Positions 25,870 to 35,767 of a DNA stretch of 56,180 nucleotides are shown in pieces. The notes under the pieces are model-generated. The model ran no database searches. It was given only the letters and a program-made list of their open reading frames with translations, and was not told the origin of the DNA. Source of the DNA: Clostridia bacterium (GTDB lineage: Bacteria; Bacillota; Clostridia; Christensenellales; UBA1242); contig JBKSNA010000027.1 of NCBI GenBank assembly GCA_046882085.1, positions 1-56,180 on the forward strand, given 5' to 3'. Made by a program: the position numbers and the translations under genes. How positions within the stretch are numbered: the stretch's first letter is position 1; every line of letters begins with the position of its first letter.

Positions 25870-26301
25870 TTATTGTTTACCGGTTGATCCTATTCCGCCA
25901 CGATCGGTATCGTCTAAATGTTCTACTACTTTGATAGTGTGAGCGGGTTGATGTTCAATGATTCTGAATTGACATATACGATCATTCTTATGAATCACAG
26001 TATCTCTCATAGCGATAGCGGGCATCATCCATTGGTCATTATCTCCAGAATAAGATTCATCGACTACACCGATGCTATTGGCTTGAATAATTCCATAGTT
26101 TTTGAATGTGCTACTACGCGGAGCGATTATTGCTTCATAGCCTGCTGGTAATTTGATACCAATACCTAACTTGATGAGTCTAAATTCGCCAGCTTTCATC
26201 TCGATCTCTTCAGCAGAGCGAAGATCATACCAATCACTTTTATTTTCAATAAACTTGATTGGTTCAATGTCTGTGAAATATTTTACTTTTAATTCTAACA
26301 T
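25870..26301 (-). CDS. dut: dUTP diphosphatase (trimeric dUTPase)
   Basis: Motifs present are IAPRSSTFKNYGIIQANSIGVVDESYSG, QFRI and the C-terminal DRGGIGSTGK. Confidence 0.92.
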   Translation of the reverse strand: MLELKVKYFTDIEPIKFIENKSDWYDLRSAEEIEMKAGEFRLIKLGIGIKLPAGYEAIIAPRSSTFKNYGIIQANSIGVVDESYSGDNDQWMMPAIAMRDTVIHKNDRICQFRIIEHQPAHTIKVVEHLDDTDRGGIGSTGKQ

Positions 26302-26437
26302 AATTTTCTCCTATATTTATTTTAACATATTTGGTGATTTAGATAAAGTAAATTCGATAAATATTGATAAAAATTTGACTATAGTTGTAAATTGTGTTAA
26401 TCTCTTAATAAGATATCTATGCTAGTGGGAGGTAAAT

Positions 26438-26956
26438 ATGGCAGAGAGAAAGAAATCGGCAAATGAGTTTTTCTTATCAGATGGTAAAATGATGATAGAA
26501 AATATGGAACAATTACATCTACAAATTTTTGGAGATATGACTGAAGATGAGAAGGTTGATATTTATAGAAGATGTGATGATATAGCTAAGATTGCTACAA
26601 GGCTAAAAGATGACGAGAAGATTGACATATATGTAAAAATAGAATATGTGGCGGATAAAAAAATTAAGGGAACTAAGAAAATTTTATTAAGTAATTTAGT
26701 AAAGAATGGTTTGGAACTTCCGCCTAAATATATAGATATGATTAATATTACAGGAAAAGTTCAATTCACGATTGGCGGTGCCGTATGCGAGACTGCTAAA
26801 GATATCATTGATATGCATATTTACATAGCAGATACGAAAGATATAGATGTAAAGTATAGTAAATTAAGTGATAATAAAAATTTCTACGCTCTTGATGTTG
26901 AAACTCTAGAAACAAATGGATTAATAAGAGTAGCTCAAGAAGAAGTTGGTTTATAA
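26438..26956 (+). CDS. Hypothetical cytoplasmic protein (172 aa), no family recognised
   Basis: GGGAGG lies upstream of the ATG and a terminator lies downstream. No motif was recognised. Confidence 0.6.
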   Translation: MAERKKSANEFFLSDGKMMIENMEQLHLQIFGDMTEDEKVDIYRRCDDIAKIATRLKDDEKIDIYVKIEYVADKKIKGTKKILLSNLVKNGLELPPKYIDMINITGKVQFTIGGAVCETAKDIIDMHIYIADTKDIDVKYSKLSDNKNFYALDVETLETNGLIRVAQEEVGL

Positions 26957-26959
26957 AAT

Positions 26960-26991
26960 AAAAATACGAACTATCAAGTTCGTATTTTTTA
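26960..26991. terminator. Bidirectional intrinsic terminator
   Basis: ATACGAACT (26964-26972) pairs with AGTTCGTAT (26977-26985), flanked by an A-run and a T-run. Confidence 0.7.
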
Positions 26992-27033
26992 TTCGTTAAT
27001 ATTTAGTAAAAACCTTTTAAATATCAATATTAT

Positions 27034-28506
27034 TTATCTTATTACAACTTTGCCCGAAATCCAACTATCAAAGAAGTTTTCTAGATCCTTTTTGCTAGCG
27101 GATTCAAAGGCTGATATTAGGTCGTCAGGAGTTGTGTTATTATACTTATTGTTCTTAAAATATGTCTGTAATCCTTTGATAAACGTCTTTTCACCTATTA
27201 GTTGGTATAGACTTTCGTACATTAATACACCTTTCACATAAGTACAATATGTATATTCTGGTTCGGTAGAGTATTCGTTCACCGCTCTCATGCTAGTATC
27301 GATCGATCCTAATACGTCTTCGTATACTGTGATAAATAATGTATAGTTTGACTTATTGGTATCTATCATCATATCGTGAGTGTACTCATAATCATTGTAG
27401 TCGTAAAATAATAGAGTGGAGTACTCAGTAATGGCTTCGTCTAGCCAAGGGTGGAGATATTCGTCATTACCAACCATGCCATACCACCATTGATGAGCGA
27501 TCTCGTGTATTATTACATTCATGTAGTCGTTCTTGTCGGTAATTCTATCACTGATCATAACAAGACATGGGTATTCCATACCGCCATGCACGAAATCATT
27601 CTTGACTACTGCAAGTGTAGAGTAAGGATAATCGCCAAAAAGATCAGAAAAAGTACGTACTGCATCTACGCAGGCCTTGAGATTTTGTTCTACATTTTCG
27701 TCGTCATAATAATAGTATGAGATGGTTGTATCTTCAATGGTTTTTTCTACTATTTCAAAATTTTTACTAATCACTATGGCGAAATCACGTACTAATATAT
27801 TGGAGAAGTGGACCTTTTTCATATTGTTTACTAAAAAAGTAACTGATTTTTCGCCACTGCCGGCGACAATGTATTGATCATTTAATGAAATATCTACTAT
27901 ATAGTTCGCGACTTCGCTATAGAAAGGATCTCCATTAGGGTGATAAGGAGAAGTATTGAATCCATCTGCGTCGTATACGCACATAATTGGATAGAAATTT
28001 GCTAGATTAATGGTGTCATTACCATATCCAAATCTATGTTCGCAGTTCGGTAGTGTGAATTCGTATTCTATTTCGATATTTACTCGATTATTAGGCAATA
28101 AACTATGACCTAAATCTACACACAATATATCATCGTATTCGCCTTCGTACACAATGGAACGATCTTCTCGCTCTACGCATACTCTAGTAACATCAAACTC
28201 TCCATAACTCATGCCATTAGGATAAGCGGTATTTAGTTTGGTATTAGATACTACCATCTGTGTAGCGCCTTGTTCAAAATACTGAGGATATAAATGAAGC
28301 TTTAGTATTTTTAATATTTGATCAGTATTATTGACATAGTCTATCGATTGATTCGCGACACAATGCTTATTGTCTACATCTAGTTCGAGATTGATCTCAT
28401 AGCAGGTTAGATTTTGACTTAGGTTATCAATATTGTCTTTTTTTTGACAACCGGAAATAAGAAATATGGATAAGCAACTGATACAAATAACTATAAATTT
28501 TTTCAT
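27034..28506 (-). CDS. M1-family (gluzincin) metallopeptidase lipoprotein
   Basis: HEIAHQWWYG-x-WLDEA gives HExxH-x18-E. A GGMEY variant of the GxMEN exopeptidase box is present. The N-terminus MKKFIVICISCLSIFLISGC is a signal peptide plus lipobox. Confidence 0.85.
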   Translation of the reverse strand: MKKFIVICISCLSIFLISGCQKKDNIDNLSQNLTCYEINLELDVDNKHCVANQSIDYVNNTDQILKILKLHLYPQYFEQGATQMVVSNTKLNTAYPNGMSYGEFDVTRVCVEREDRSIVYEGEYDDILCVDLGHSLLPNNRVNIEIEYEFTLPNCEHRFGYGNDTINLANFYPIMCVYDADGFNTSPYHPNGDPFYSEVANYIVDISLNDQYIVAGSGEKSVTFLVNNMKKVHFSNILVRDFAIVISKNFEIVEKTIEDTTISYYYYDDENVEQNLKACVDAVRTFSDLFGDYPYSTLAVVKNDFVHGGMEYPCLVMISDRITDKNDYMNVIIHEIAHQWWYGMVGNDEYLHPWLDEAITEYSTLLFYDYNDYEYTHDMMIDTNKSNYTLFITVYEDVLGSIDTSMRAVNEYSTEPEYTYCTYVKGVLMYESLYQLIGEKTFIKGLQTYFKNNKYNNTTPDDLISAFESASKKDLENFFDSWISGKVVIR

Positions 28507-28514
28507 AAATTAAC

Positions 28515-28579
28515 TTATGCACAAGTTGTCCACAGTAGAACAAAACTTGTCCACATAGAAAATGCGAATTTGTGGATAA
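28515..28579. promoter_or_regulatory. Cluster of four DnaA-box-like 9-mers
   Basis: TTATGCACA (28515-28523), TTGTCCACA (28526-28534), TTGTCCACA (28547-28555) and, on the other strand, a perfect TTATCCACA (28571-28579). Confidence 0.6.
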
Positions 28580-28642
28580 GAGTCGAAATCTGATGACATA
28601 ATTGTTTTACAAATAGATTTTATTGTGGTACAATTTAGTCAT

Positions 28643-30079
28643 ATGGCATTCTGTAAATTTAGTCCAAGCTTTCATGGCGACAATAAGGTGATGATTGATA
28701 ATGTATTTATCAAAGACTATTTGCCGTCCGCACCAGATTTGTGCGTGAAGACATACTTATTGGGATTGAGTATGTGTAATAATGCAGACGATATGGAGAA
28801 CACTTTATCGTTCTTCGCGATGACTCTTAAAGTATGCGAAGATGATGTAGTATCACTATTTAAGTATTGGGAAGATCAAGGGATTGTACAGGTATTGTCT
28901 ACCGATCCTATTGAGGTTAGATACTTGCCGGTAATTGCTAGAAGTAACGCTATCAAAAAGTTTAAAGTTGATAAATATACAGATTTTAATATTCAAGTGC
29001 AAGAATTATTCAGTGGTCGCATGGTGATGCCTAATGAGTTTATAGAATTCTATAATCTAATAGAAAAAAGGCATATCCAGGAGAATGCTCTTATTGCGAT
29101 TATTAAGTATTGCGTGGATTTCAAAGGATTCAATCTTAGTCCTAATTATTGTATAGCGGTCGCTAGAGATTGGGAGAGAGAAGGTATACATACCTTAGAG
29201 CAAGTTCAAAGTAAAATTGAAGATTTAGGAATTATCGACGACAAGATGAATCTAATTTTGTCCGCTATGGGTACCAAGAGAAAGGTGCAGATAGAAGATA
29301 AAGATCTACTTAATAAATGGCTCAATGCATTTGGATTCGATCTCAATGTGATAATCTATGTGGTGAAGAGTCTAAAAGAAAAGAAACGTAGATTAGATGT
29401 GAATGTGTTAGATGAATATTTGACTAAATATTTCGAGATGAAGTTATTGTCTATTCCTGAGATAGAAAACTACAATAACGAATTAGAAAATCTATACTTT
29501 GTAGCGATGTCAGTCAATAAGGAATTGGGAATCTTCTATGAAGATCTCACTAAAGAGATAGATACATATGTAGTGGTGTGGCTCAATATGGGCTTTGATA
29601 TCGATACGCTAAAGATGGTGGCGGATAATTGTTTCAAGTCTAGCGTGCGCACACTAGAAGGTTATCATAATATCTTGACCAAACTATTCAAGTTGGGAAT
29701 TGTCAGTATGGATTCTTATATCGAATATCTTAATGATAACTTCGCATTTGACTCTAAGATCAAAGAGATATTAGAAGGCTTAAGAATTGCTCGAAATGTG
29801 AATAATATGGACAGATCATTCTATCATACTTGGACAGAGGATTGGGCATTTACTCATGATATTATCTTGTATGCGACCGAACTAGCGAGAGATAAGTCGA
29901 ATGCGATCAATTATCTAAATAAAATTCTATCAAATTGGAATAGTCAAGGAGTGAAGACTCTAGATAAAGCGAAGAGCATTAAGGTAGAAGATAATCAACC
30001 GACTAAATTCATACATAACAATTACACTAAAGAACAAATCACTAGTCTAATATCTAACTTAGACGAAGTGGAGGTGTAG
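28643..30079 (+). CDS. DnaD-domain replication initiation protein (Bacillus DnaB-like)
   Basis: About 480 aa with a DnaD-like N-terminus (FIKDYLPSAPDLCVKTYLLGL) and repeated DnaD-like C-terminal segments. A DnaI-like loader gene follows immediately, as in the dnaB-dnaI operon of B. subtilis. Start is uncertain between 28625, 28643 and 28691. Confidence 0.7.
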   Translation: MAFCKFSPSFHGDNKVMIDNVFIKDYLPSAPDLCVKTYLLGLSMCNNADDMENTLSFFAMTLKVCEDDVVSLFKYWEDQGIVQVLSTDPIEVRYLPVIARSNAIKKFKVDKYTDFNIQVQELFSGRMVMPNEFIEFYNLIEKRHIQENALIAIIKYCVDFKGFNLSPNYCIAVARDWEREGIHTLEQVQSKIEDLGIIDDKMNLILSAMGTKRKVQIEDKDLLNKWLNAFGFDLNVIIYVVKSLKEKKRRLDVNVLDEYLTKYFEMKLLSIPEIENYNNELENLYFVAMSVNKELGIFYEDLTKEIDTYVVVWLNMGFDIDTLKMVADNCFKSSVRTLEGYHNILTKLFKLGIVSMDSYIEYLNDNFAFDSKIKEILEGLRIARNVNNMDRSFYHTWTEDWAFTHDIILYATELARDKSNAINYLNKILSNWNSQGVKTLDKAKSIKVEDNQPTKFIHNNYTKEQITSLISNLDEVEV

Positions 30080-30080
30080 T

Positions 30081-31001
30081 ATGAATAAACAAAAATTAAT
30101 GGCGAATATTAAGCAAGAATTCATGCTAAAAAGATATAAGGCACAAGAAGAATGTGAAGATTATATCAATAAACTTAGAGAAAACACCGAATTTGATGAA
30201 TTGTATTCAAAATTCTACGCTAAGAGAATAGAATATATGAAATCAAAGCTTGATGAAGAAAATCTATCTCTAAAGCATGAAGTGGACGATCTCAAGATCG
30301 AGATAGATAGGTTCTTAGTTAAGAATAATATTGATCGAACTAAATTATTTCCACAATACGAATGTATGATTTGTAATGATACAGGTGTGGCAGGCGGCAG
30401 GATCTGCAAATGTCTGCAGAGCGCTATGAGTATGAGAGTGTCTAAGATGTCTAGCAGTCAGTCAGAGTTTAAGTCATTTGAGTCATGCGACAGATCGATT
30501 ATGGACGATATAGATATTAAGGCTTGCGATTGGCTAAAAGCATGGTGTCTAAGATATCCAAATATCACGAAGACTAATATCAATATCATTGGAGGTGCGG
30601 GATCTGGTAAGACTCACCTTCTGGAGTGTGTGGCTAATGAATTGATCAATAAAGGCGTGGTAGTAGTATACAAGACTGCGTTTGAACTCAACGAAACAGC
30701 TCGACTATATCATATAGGCAAATCTTATGAATTTACTGACTGTATGAATGCAGATGTATTACTGATAGACGATCTAGGTACTGAGCCAATACTAAATAAT
30801 GTAACTGTTCAATATCTGTACAATCTAATCAATGTGCGTCAAATTAATAATAGACCTACACTGATTAGTACTAATCTATCACTTGATAATATTCTTGACC
30901 GCTATGATGAGAGAATATTTAGCCGTCTTGGTAATAAGAATCTAAGCATTAATATTCAGCTAACTTCAGAAGATAAAAGAATGAAAAAGAATAGGCAGTA
31001 A
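30081..31001 (+). CDS. dnaI: Helicase loader, DnaI/DnaC-type AAA+ ATPase
   Basis: It has an N-terminal Cys cluster (CMICNDTGVAGGRICKC), Walker A GGAGSGKTHLL and Walker B LLIDDLGTE. It begins 2 nt after the upstream gene. Confidence 0.8.
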   Translation: MNKQKLMANIKQEFMLKRYKAQEECEDYINKLRENTEFDELYSKFYAKRIEYMKSKLDEENLSLKHEVDDLKIEIDRFLVKNNIDRTKLFPQYECMICNDTGVAGGRICKCLQSAMSMRVSKMSSSQSEFKSFESCDRSIMDDIDIKACDWLKAWCLRYPNITKTNINIIGGAGSGKTHLLECVANELINKGVVVVYKTAFELNETARLYHIGKSYEFTDCMNADVLLIDDLGTEPILNNVTVQYLYNLINVRQINNRPTLISTNLSLDNILDRYDERIFSRLGNKNLSINIQLTSEDKRMKKNRQ

Positions 31002-31013
31002 GCCTATTTTTTT
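30990..31013 (+). terminator. Intrinsic terminator overlapping the dnaI stop codon
   Basis: AATAGGC (30990-30996) pairs with GCCTATT (31002-31008), followed by a T-run. Confidence 0.55.
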
Positions 31014-31104
31014 GTGCAGAAATACAGACATTATTATTAAAATAAAATAAAAAACAATTTATAATTGTTTGTAAAAATAATTTTAGTTGTTTATAATTAT
31101 ATTA

Positions 31105-32823
31105 ATGAAACTTTTGATGGGGTACATTAAAAAGTATAAATGGTATATGATCATTGGACCATTCTTCAAGCTATTGGAAGCGATACTAGAATTGTTCAAT
31201 CCTCTTTTGGTAGCCAAAATCATAGATCAAGGTGTGGTGTCTGGAGATTATTATGTCATTTTAAAGTATGCTATTATTCTTGTTGCTTGCAATATTTTAG
31301 GATTCATATTCAGTGTGATAGGACAAAAATGTGCTTCTCTTACTAGTACTAAAATATCTTATTCTATGAGACAAGACGTCTTTAGTCATGTGGCGAACTT
31401 ATCGCATGCAGAATTAGATAAATTCGGTACAGCATCGCTCATTAATAGATTGACCAATGATATAGGACAGGTGGAGACGGCTATCGGCGTATTCATGAGA
31501 ATTATTCTTCGCGCACCATTCTTACTAATAGGAGCATTCATTCTTAGTCTGATGATTAATATCAAGGCGTCTATTATATTCTTGGTATTAATCCCTGTCG
31601 TATGCATTATTTTGGTAGTTTATACACTAAAGACATATCCATATTTTAATAAAATTAGAGTAAAACTAGATAGAATCAGCAATGTAACTAAAGAGAATCT
31701 GTCTGGTACTCGTGTAATTCGTGCATTCAATAAACAGCAGGCAGAACAAGTTAGATTTGAAGAAGTTAGTGAAGACTATACTAAGACGAATATAAAGGTG
31801 GCGAAAATCTCCGCAATGCTCAATCCGATCATATTATTAATAGTAGATGCTGCTACTATTGGTATATTATTATTAGGTGGTTGGCAGATTAATCTTGGTG
31901 GTATGACACAGGGAGATGTAATAGCTCTTATTGATTATGTTGCTATAATTACAATTTCATTATTACTTTTATCTCAGGTAATAGTAATATTCGTTCGTAC
32001 ACATGCTAGTATCAAGAGAGTGAATGAAGTGCTCAAGACAGATCCGTCTATTCAAAATGAAGAAGGCGCTCATCAATTTAGAAAATGTGATTATGACGTA
32101 TTAATGGAGTTTAGATCAGTAGGATTCAACTACACTCAAGATGTCAAGGATAAGTTGTTTATAAAAGATCTATCTTTTGAGATACATCCTGGTCAGACGA
32201 TTGGTATAATAGGTGGTACAGGAAGTGGTAAGACTACTATTGCTAATCTCATGACTAGATTTTATGATCCTACACTAGGAGAGATACTATACAAGGGTAG
32301 AAATCTGAAAGAATATACTCTAGAGCAACTTCGTCACGAAGTGAGTGTAGTACAACAGCGCAGTACGTTATTTAGCGGATCTCTTAGAGAAAATATGAAA
32401 CTCAGAAATGACAATGCAACAGACGAAGAAATTATTGATGCATTAAAGATCAGTCAAGCATGGGGATTTGTTAGTGAGTGGAAGAATGGTCTAGATCATC
32501 AGATTATGGCAGGTGGTAAAAATGTGAGCGGTGGTCAGATGCAGAGATTGACTATTGCTAGAGCATTGATAGATAAGCCGGAAATGATTATTCTAGATGA
32601 TAGCAGTAGTGCATTGGATTTCTTGACTGATTCAAAATTAAGAAAAGCGATCAAAGAACTCAATACTACTACAGTACTCATCTCTCAGAGAGCGACTTCA
32701 ATTAAAAATGCAGACTTAATCATTGTATTGGATAATGGTGATGTAGTCGGCATGGGTAAACACAATAGCCTAATGAAAAATTGTGATATTTATCGAGAGA
32801 TATATGAATCTCAATCAAAATAG
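31105..32823 (+). CDS. ABC exporter half-transporter (TMD-NBD) with a degenerate ATPase site
   Basis: Six TM helices followed by an NBD. Walker A is GGTGSGKTT and the signature is VSGGQMQ. Walker B reads IILDDSSS (Asp in place of the catalytic Glu) and the H-loop reads ISQRATS (Gln in place of His). The ATG at 31105 lies 7 nt after a TATAAT box. Confidence 0.9.
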   Translation: MKLLMGYIKKYKWYMIIGPFFKLLEAILELFNPLLVAKIIDQGVVSGDYYVILKYAIILVACNILGFIFSVIGQKCASLTSTKISYSMRQDVFSHVANLSHAELDKFGTASLINRLTNDIGQVETAIGVFMRIILRAPFLLIGAFILSLMINIKASIIFLVLIPVVCIILVVYTLKTYPYFNKIRVKLDRISNVTKENLSGTRVIRAFNKQQAEQVRFEEVSEDYTKTNIKVAKISAMLNPIILLIVDAATIGILLLGGWQINLGGMTQGDVIALIDYVAIITISLLLLSQVIVIFVRTHASIKRVNEVLKTDPSIQNEEGAHQFRKCDYDVLMEFRSVGFNYTQDVKDKLFIKDLSFEIHPGQTIGIIGGTGSGKTTIANLMTRFYDPTLGEILYKGRNLKEYTLEQLRHEVSVVQQRSTLFSGSLRENMKLRNDNATDEEIIDALKISQAWGFVSEWKNGLDHQIMAGGKNVSGGQMQRLTIARALIDKPEMIILDDSSSALDFLTDSKLRKAIKELNTTTVLISQRATSIKNADLIIVLDNGDVVGMGKHNSLMKNCDIYREIYESQSK

Positions 32824-32826
32824 GAT

Positions 32827-34569
32827 ATGAAAAAGAAAGGTTATGGTAAATTATTATCTCAATTAATGGTTTATGTCAGGCCGCATAGGACGGTCTTCTA
32901 TTTGTCTGTCGTTTTTGATTTACTCGCTATAGTATTAAATATGCTGATACCTACATTCTCAGGTTTGGCTATAGATACCATGGTAGAGATAGGCAAAGTG
33001 GATATGTATCTACTAATTAGATATGTTTTGATAATTTTAGTATTTACTGTAACGAGTTCAATATTTGATTGGTTGGGTAGTCATTATATGAATGTGCTGA
33101 CATACAAGACTAGTCAATCAATGCGTAATTCAATATATAACAAATTAAATTCAGTACCTATTAGATATATAGACAATACTCCACATGGAGATATAATGAA
33201 TACCATGATTAATGACGTGGAGAATGTTACCGACGGATTCTTAGCCGGATTCAAGTCAATAGTGTGCGGCATATTTCAGATATTGACAATTATGGTGCTA
33301 ATGTTGGTACTAAATTGGTCATTGGCATTAGTGGTAATATTGGTAGCACCATTCTCATTAATAGTTGCGTTATGGATTAATAAGCGCAGTCAAAAGTTGT
33401 ATCAAATAAGGGTAGAAACGCAAGGTGTTCTTAGTGGATATGGCGAAGAGATGATTACTAATATGAAAATCATCAAAGCGTTTAACGATGAAGAAAATAC
33501 TGTAGAGAAATTTGAAAAAATCAATGAAGATCTGTATAAAGCAAGTGAAAAATCAATGTTTTATGCAACCCTTGCTTATCCAGCGTCTAGATTTATCAAT
33601 GGACTGCTTTATGTGGTAGTAGGTGCATTAGGTACTGCTTTGGCGATACAGGGAAAAATTGGCGTAGGTAAAATATCTAGTTTCTTGAGTTATTCTGACA
33701 ACTTTACTAAGCCATTTAATGATATTAGTAGTATATTTGCAGATCTAAATATCGCTGTAGCAAGCGCTAATAGAGTATTCTCACTATTAAATGAAGATGA
33801 TGAGATCTCTGATGCTGACTTACCGGAAATGAAAAAATGCAATGGCGAAGTCAAGCTAAAAGACGTTGGTTTCAGTTATGAAGAGTCGTTTAAATTGATA
33901 GAAAATCTCAACCTTGATGTAAAGCAAGGTCAAAGAGTAGCAATAGTAGGACCAACTGGCTGTGGCAAGAGTACTATTATCAACTTGCTGATGAGATTCT
34001 ATGATGTGAACAAAGGTAGTATTAAAGTAAGTGGCAAAGATATTAGAAATGTCAAAAGAAATTCGTTTAGACAATTCTATGGAATGGTATTGCAAGAGAG
34101 TTGGTTGTACAATGCTAGTGTTAGAGATAATGTAGCATATGGTAAGCCTGATGCTGGTATGGACGAAATCATTGAAGCGTGCAAACTTGCTAATGCACAT
34201 GCGTTTATTGAAAAACTACCTAATGGTTATGATACCATCATTACCGAGCGTGGAGATAATATTAGCGCAGGTCAAAAACAATTACTATGTATGGCTAGAA
34301 TTATGCTACTACGACCGCCGATTATGATTCTTGACGAAGCGACAAGTAATATTGATACACGTACAGAAATGAAGATTCAAGAGGCACTTAATGTGTTGAT
34401 GGAAGGTAGAACGTGCTTCATTGTGGCACATAGATTATCAACGATCGAGAATGCCGATGTGATACTTGTGATGAATAAAGGAAATATTATAGAGCAGGGA
34501 AAACATCAAGAATTGTTGGCTAAAAAAGGATTTTATTACGAATTATTTAATTCTCAGTTTGGTTCGTAA
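32827..34569 (+). CDS. ABC exporter half-transporter (TMD-NBD), consensus-site partner
   Basis: Walker A GPTGCGKST, Walker B ILDEATSNID and H-loop VAHRLSTI are canonical. The signature is degenerate (ISAGQKQ). It begins 3 nt after the partner gene. Confidence 0.9.
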   Translation: MKKKGYGKLLSQLMVYVRPHRTVFYLSVVFDLLAIVLNMLIPTFSGLAIDTMVEIGKVDMYLLIRYVLIILVFTVTSSIFDWLGSHYMNVLTYKTSQSMRNSIYNKLNSVPIRYIDNTPHGDIMNTMINDVENVTDGFLAGFKSIVCGIFQILTIMVLMLVLNWSLALVVILVAPFSLIVALWINKRSQKLYQIRVETQGVLSGYGEEMITNMKIIKAFNDEENTVEKFEKINEDLYKASEKSMFYATLAYPASRFINGLLYVVVGALGTALAIQGKIGVGKISSFLSYSDNFTKPFNDISSIFADLNIAVASANRVFSLLNEDDEISDADLPEMKKCNGEVKLKDVGFSYEESFKLIENLNLDVKQGQRVAIVGPTGCGKSTIINLLMRFYDVNKGSIKVSGKDIRNVKRNSFRQFYGMVLQESWLYNASVRDNVAYGKPDAGMDEIIEACKLANAHAFIEKLPNGYDTIITERGDNISAGQKQLLCMARIMLLRPPIMILDEATSNIDTRTEMKIQEALNVLMEGRTCFIVAHRLSTIENADVILVMNKGNIIEQGKHQELLAKKGFYYELFNSQFGS

Positions 34570-35629
34570 TGCTGAGAAAATAATCACGATTTTGCTTTAG
34601 GCGAATATTGGGATTGATAGATATAGCGATTTCTGCATTAGAGATCGCTTTTTTTATATTACCGAGATTGTAATAGCAGATAGAAAGATAGTCATAAGGC
34701 GCATCTCGCCAGCAAATAGGAGAAGAAATATAACTCAGAGATCGAGTCTTGATTTTTAACATTTCTTCAAACATTATTGAAGCCTTTAGATAATCTTTAT
34801 TGTCGAAGTAAAATACTCCTAACTCATAGTATGGTTCTCGCACAGTATTGTTTTCTAGAATTGCTAATAAATAGTACTTTTCAGCTAGTTTTTTATTATT
34901 TTTTTGTGAGTAACAATGAGCGATATACCTTAGACTTGCACATCGTTCTTCATTCCATGTAGCAGTAGGTAGCTTCAAATGTTTTTTGAGAGTCTTAATC
35001 GCTTTGTCGTATTCATGGTAAAACATATATTCCCTACCGAGATAGTGTATGTTTCTATCATTGGTTGGATCTTCTTTGCAAGCAAGTTTTAATAAAGGTA
35101 AATAATTACTTCTTGATTTAGTATTATCTGCATGATGATTGATCTGTAAGGATAGAGTGATATATTCTTCGCGTTTGTCAGTGTGTAGAATTTCGTGTAC
35201 GGGATTGATCCAATTATATAATTTGTTAGCGTGGATTTTGTCTGCTAAAAATACTACACCTTCACTACCATCTGAATTGAAACTCCACACGTATTTGTAT
35301 TTCGCTCTAGTAGTATTGGATTTCCATTCTTCTTTTAAGATACTTGACCAGCCAGACTGAATAACTTCGTCAATATCAATGCATACACATATGTCAGCAT
35401 CGTTAGGTATGAGTTTCATGCTATCGTTTCTGGCGGTGTCAAATCGGAAATTTTCGTATATTTTTTGTTCGGTCTTTATACCTAACTTTTTTAGTCTTTC
35501 AAATGTACCATCGGTACTACCTGTATCTAATACGCATATGTAATCTGCTTCCTTTATAGAGTCGTACCATCTATCTATGAATTTAATTTCATTTTTTGCT
35601 ATAGCATATACACATATTTTTTTATTCAT
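34547..35629 (-). CDS. Family-2 glycosyltransferase fused to TPR repeats
   Basis: The N-terminal VYAIAKNEIKFIDRWYDSIKEADYICVLDTGSTDGT is a GT2-like nucleotide-sugar fold. The C-terminal half has TPR-like repeats (YYLLAILEN..., YYELGVFYFDNKDYLKA, YYNLGNIKKAISNAE). It overlaps the convergent ABC gene by 23 nt. Confidence 0.75.
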   Translation of the reverse strand: MNKKICVYAIAKNEIKFIDRWYDSIKEADYICVLDTGSTDGTFERLKKLGIKTEQKIYENFRFDTARNDSMKLIPNDADICVCIDIDEVIQSGWSSILKEEWKSNTTRAKYKYVWSFNSDGSEGVVFLADKIHANKLYNWINPVHEILHTDKREEYITLSLQINHHADNTKSRSNYLPLLKLACKEDPTNDRNIHYLGREYMFYHEYDKAIKTLKKHLKLPTATWNEERCASLRYIAHCYSQKNNKKLAEKYYLLAILENNTVREPYYELGVFYFDNKDYLKASIMFEEMLKIKTRSLSYISSPICWRDAPYDYLSICYYNLGNIKKAISNAEIAISINPNIRLKQNRDYFLSITNQTEN

Positions 35630-35767
35630 ATATTTAATTATGAAAAAATAATTATTTTGTGAAAAATAAATATTAAAAAATATTTGTAGAATTTTAATAT
35701 AAATATTAAAATTAATAAAATAATTAATTAAATTGACAAGAATAATTATTTTTTATATTATATTTAC

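Noticed and set aside
28515-28579. DnaA-box cluster as the chromosomal origin (oriC)
   Set aside because: There are only four boxes, and no dnaA, dnaN or rpmH nearby. The boxes sit exactly in a divergent promoter region. A regulatory or titration role is more parsimonious, although GC-skew analysis would be needed to exclude an origin.
18692-34569. Convergent gene overlaps (18692-18708 LRR/VanW; 34547-34569 ABC/glycosyltransferase) as regulatory antisense features
   Set aside because: Short 3'-end overlaps of convergent genes are common in compact genomes. No additional structure or motif was seen at either site.
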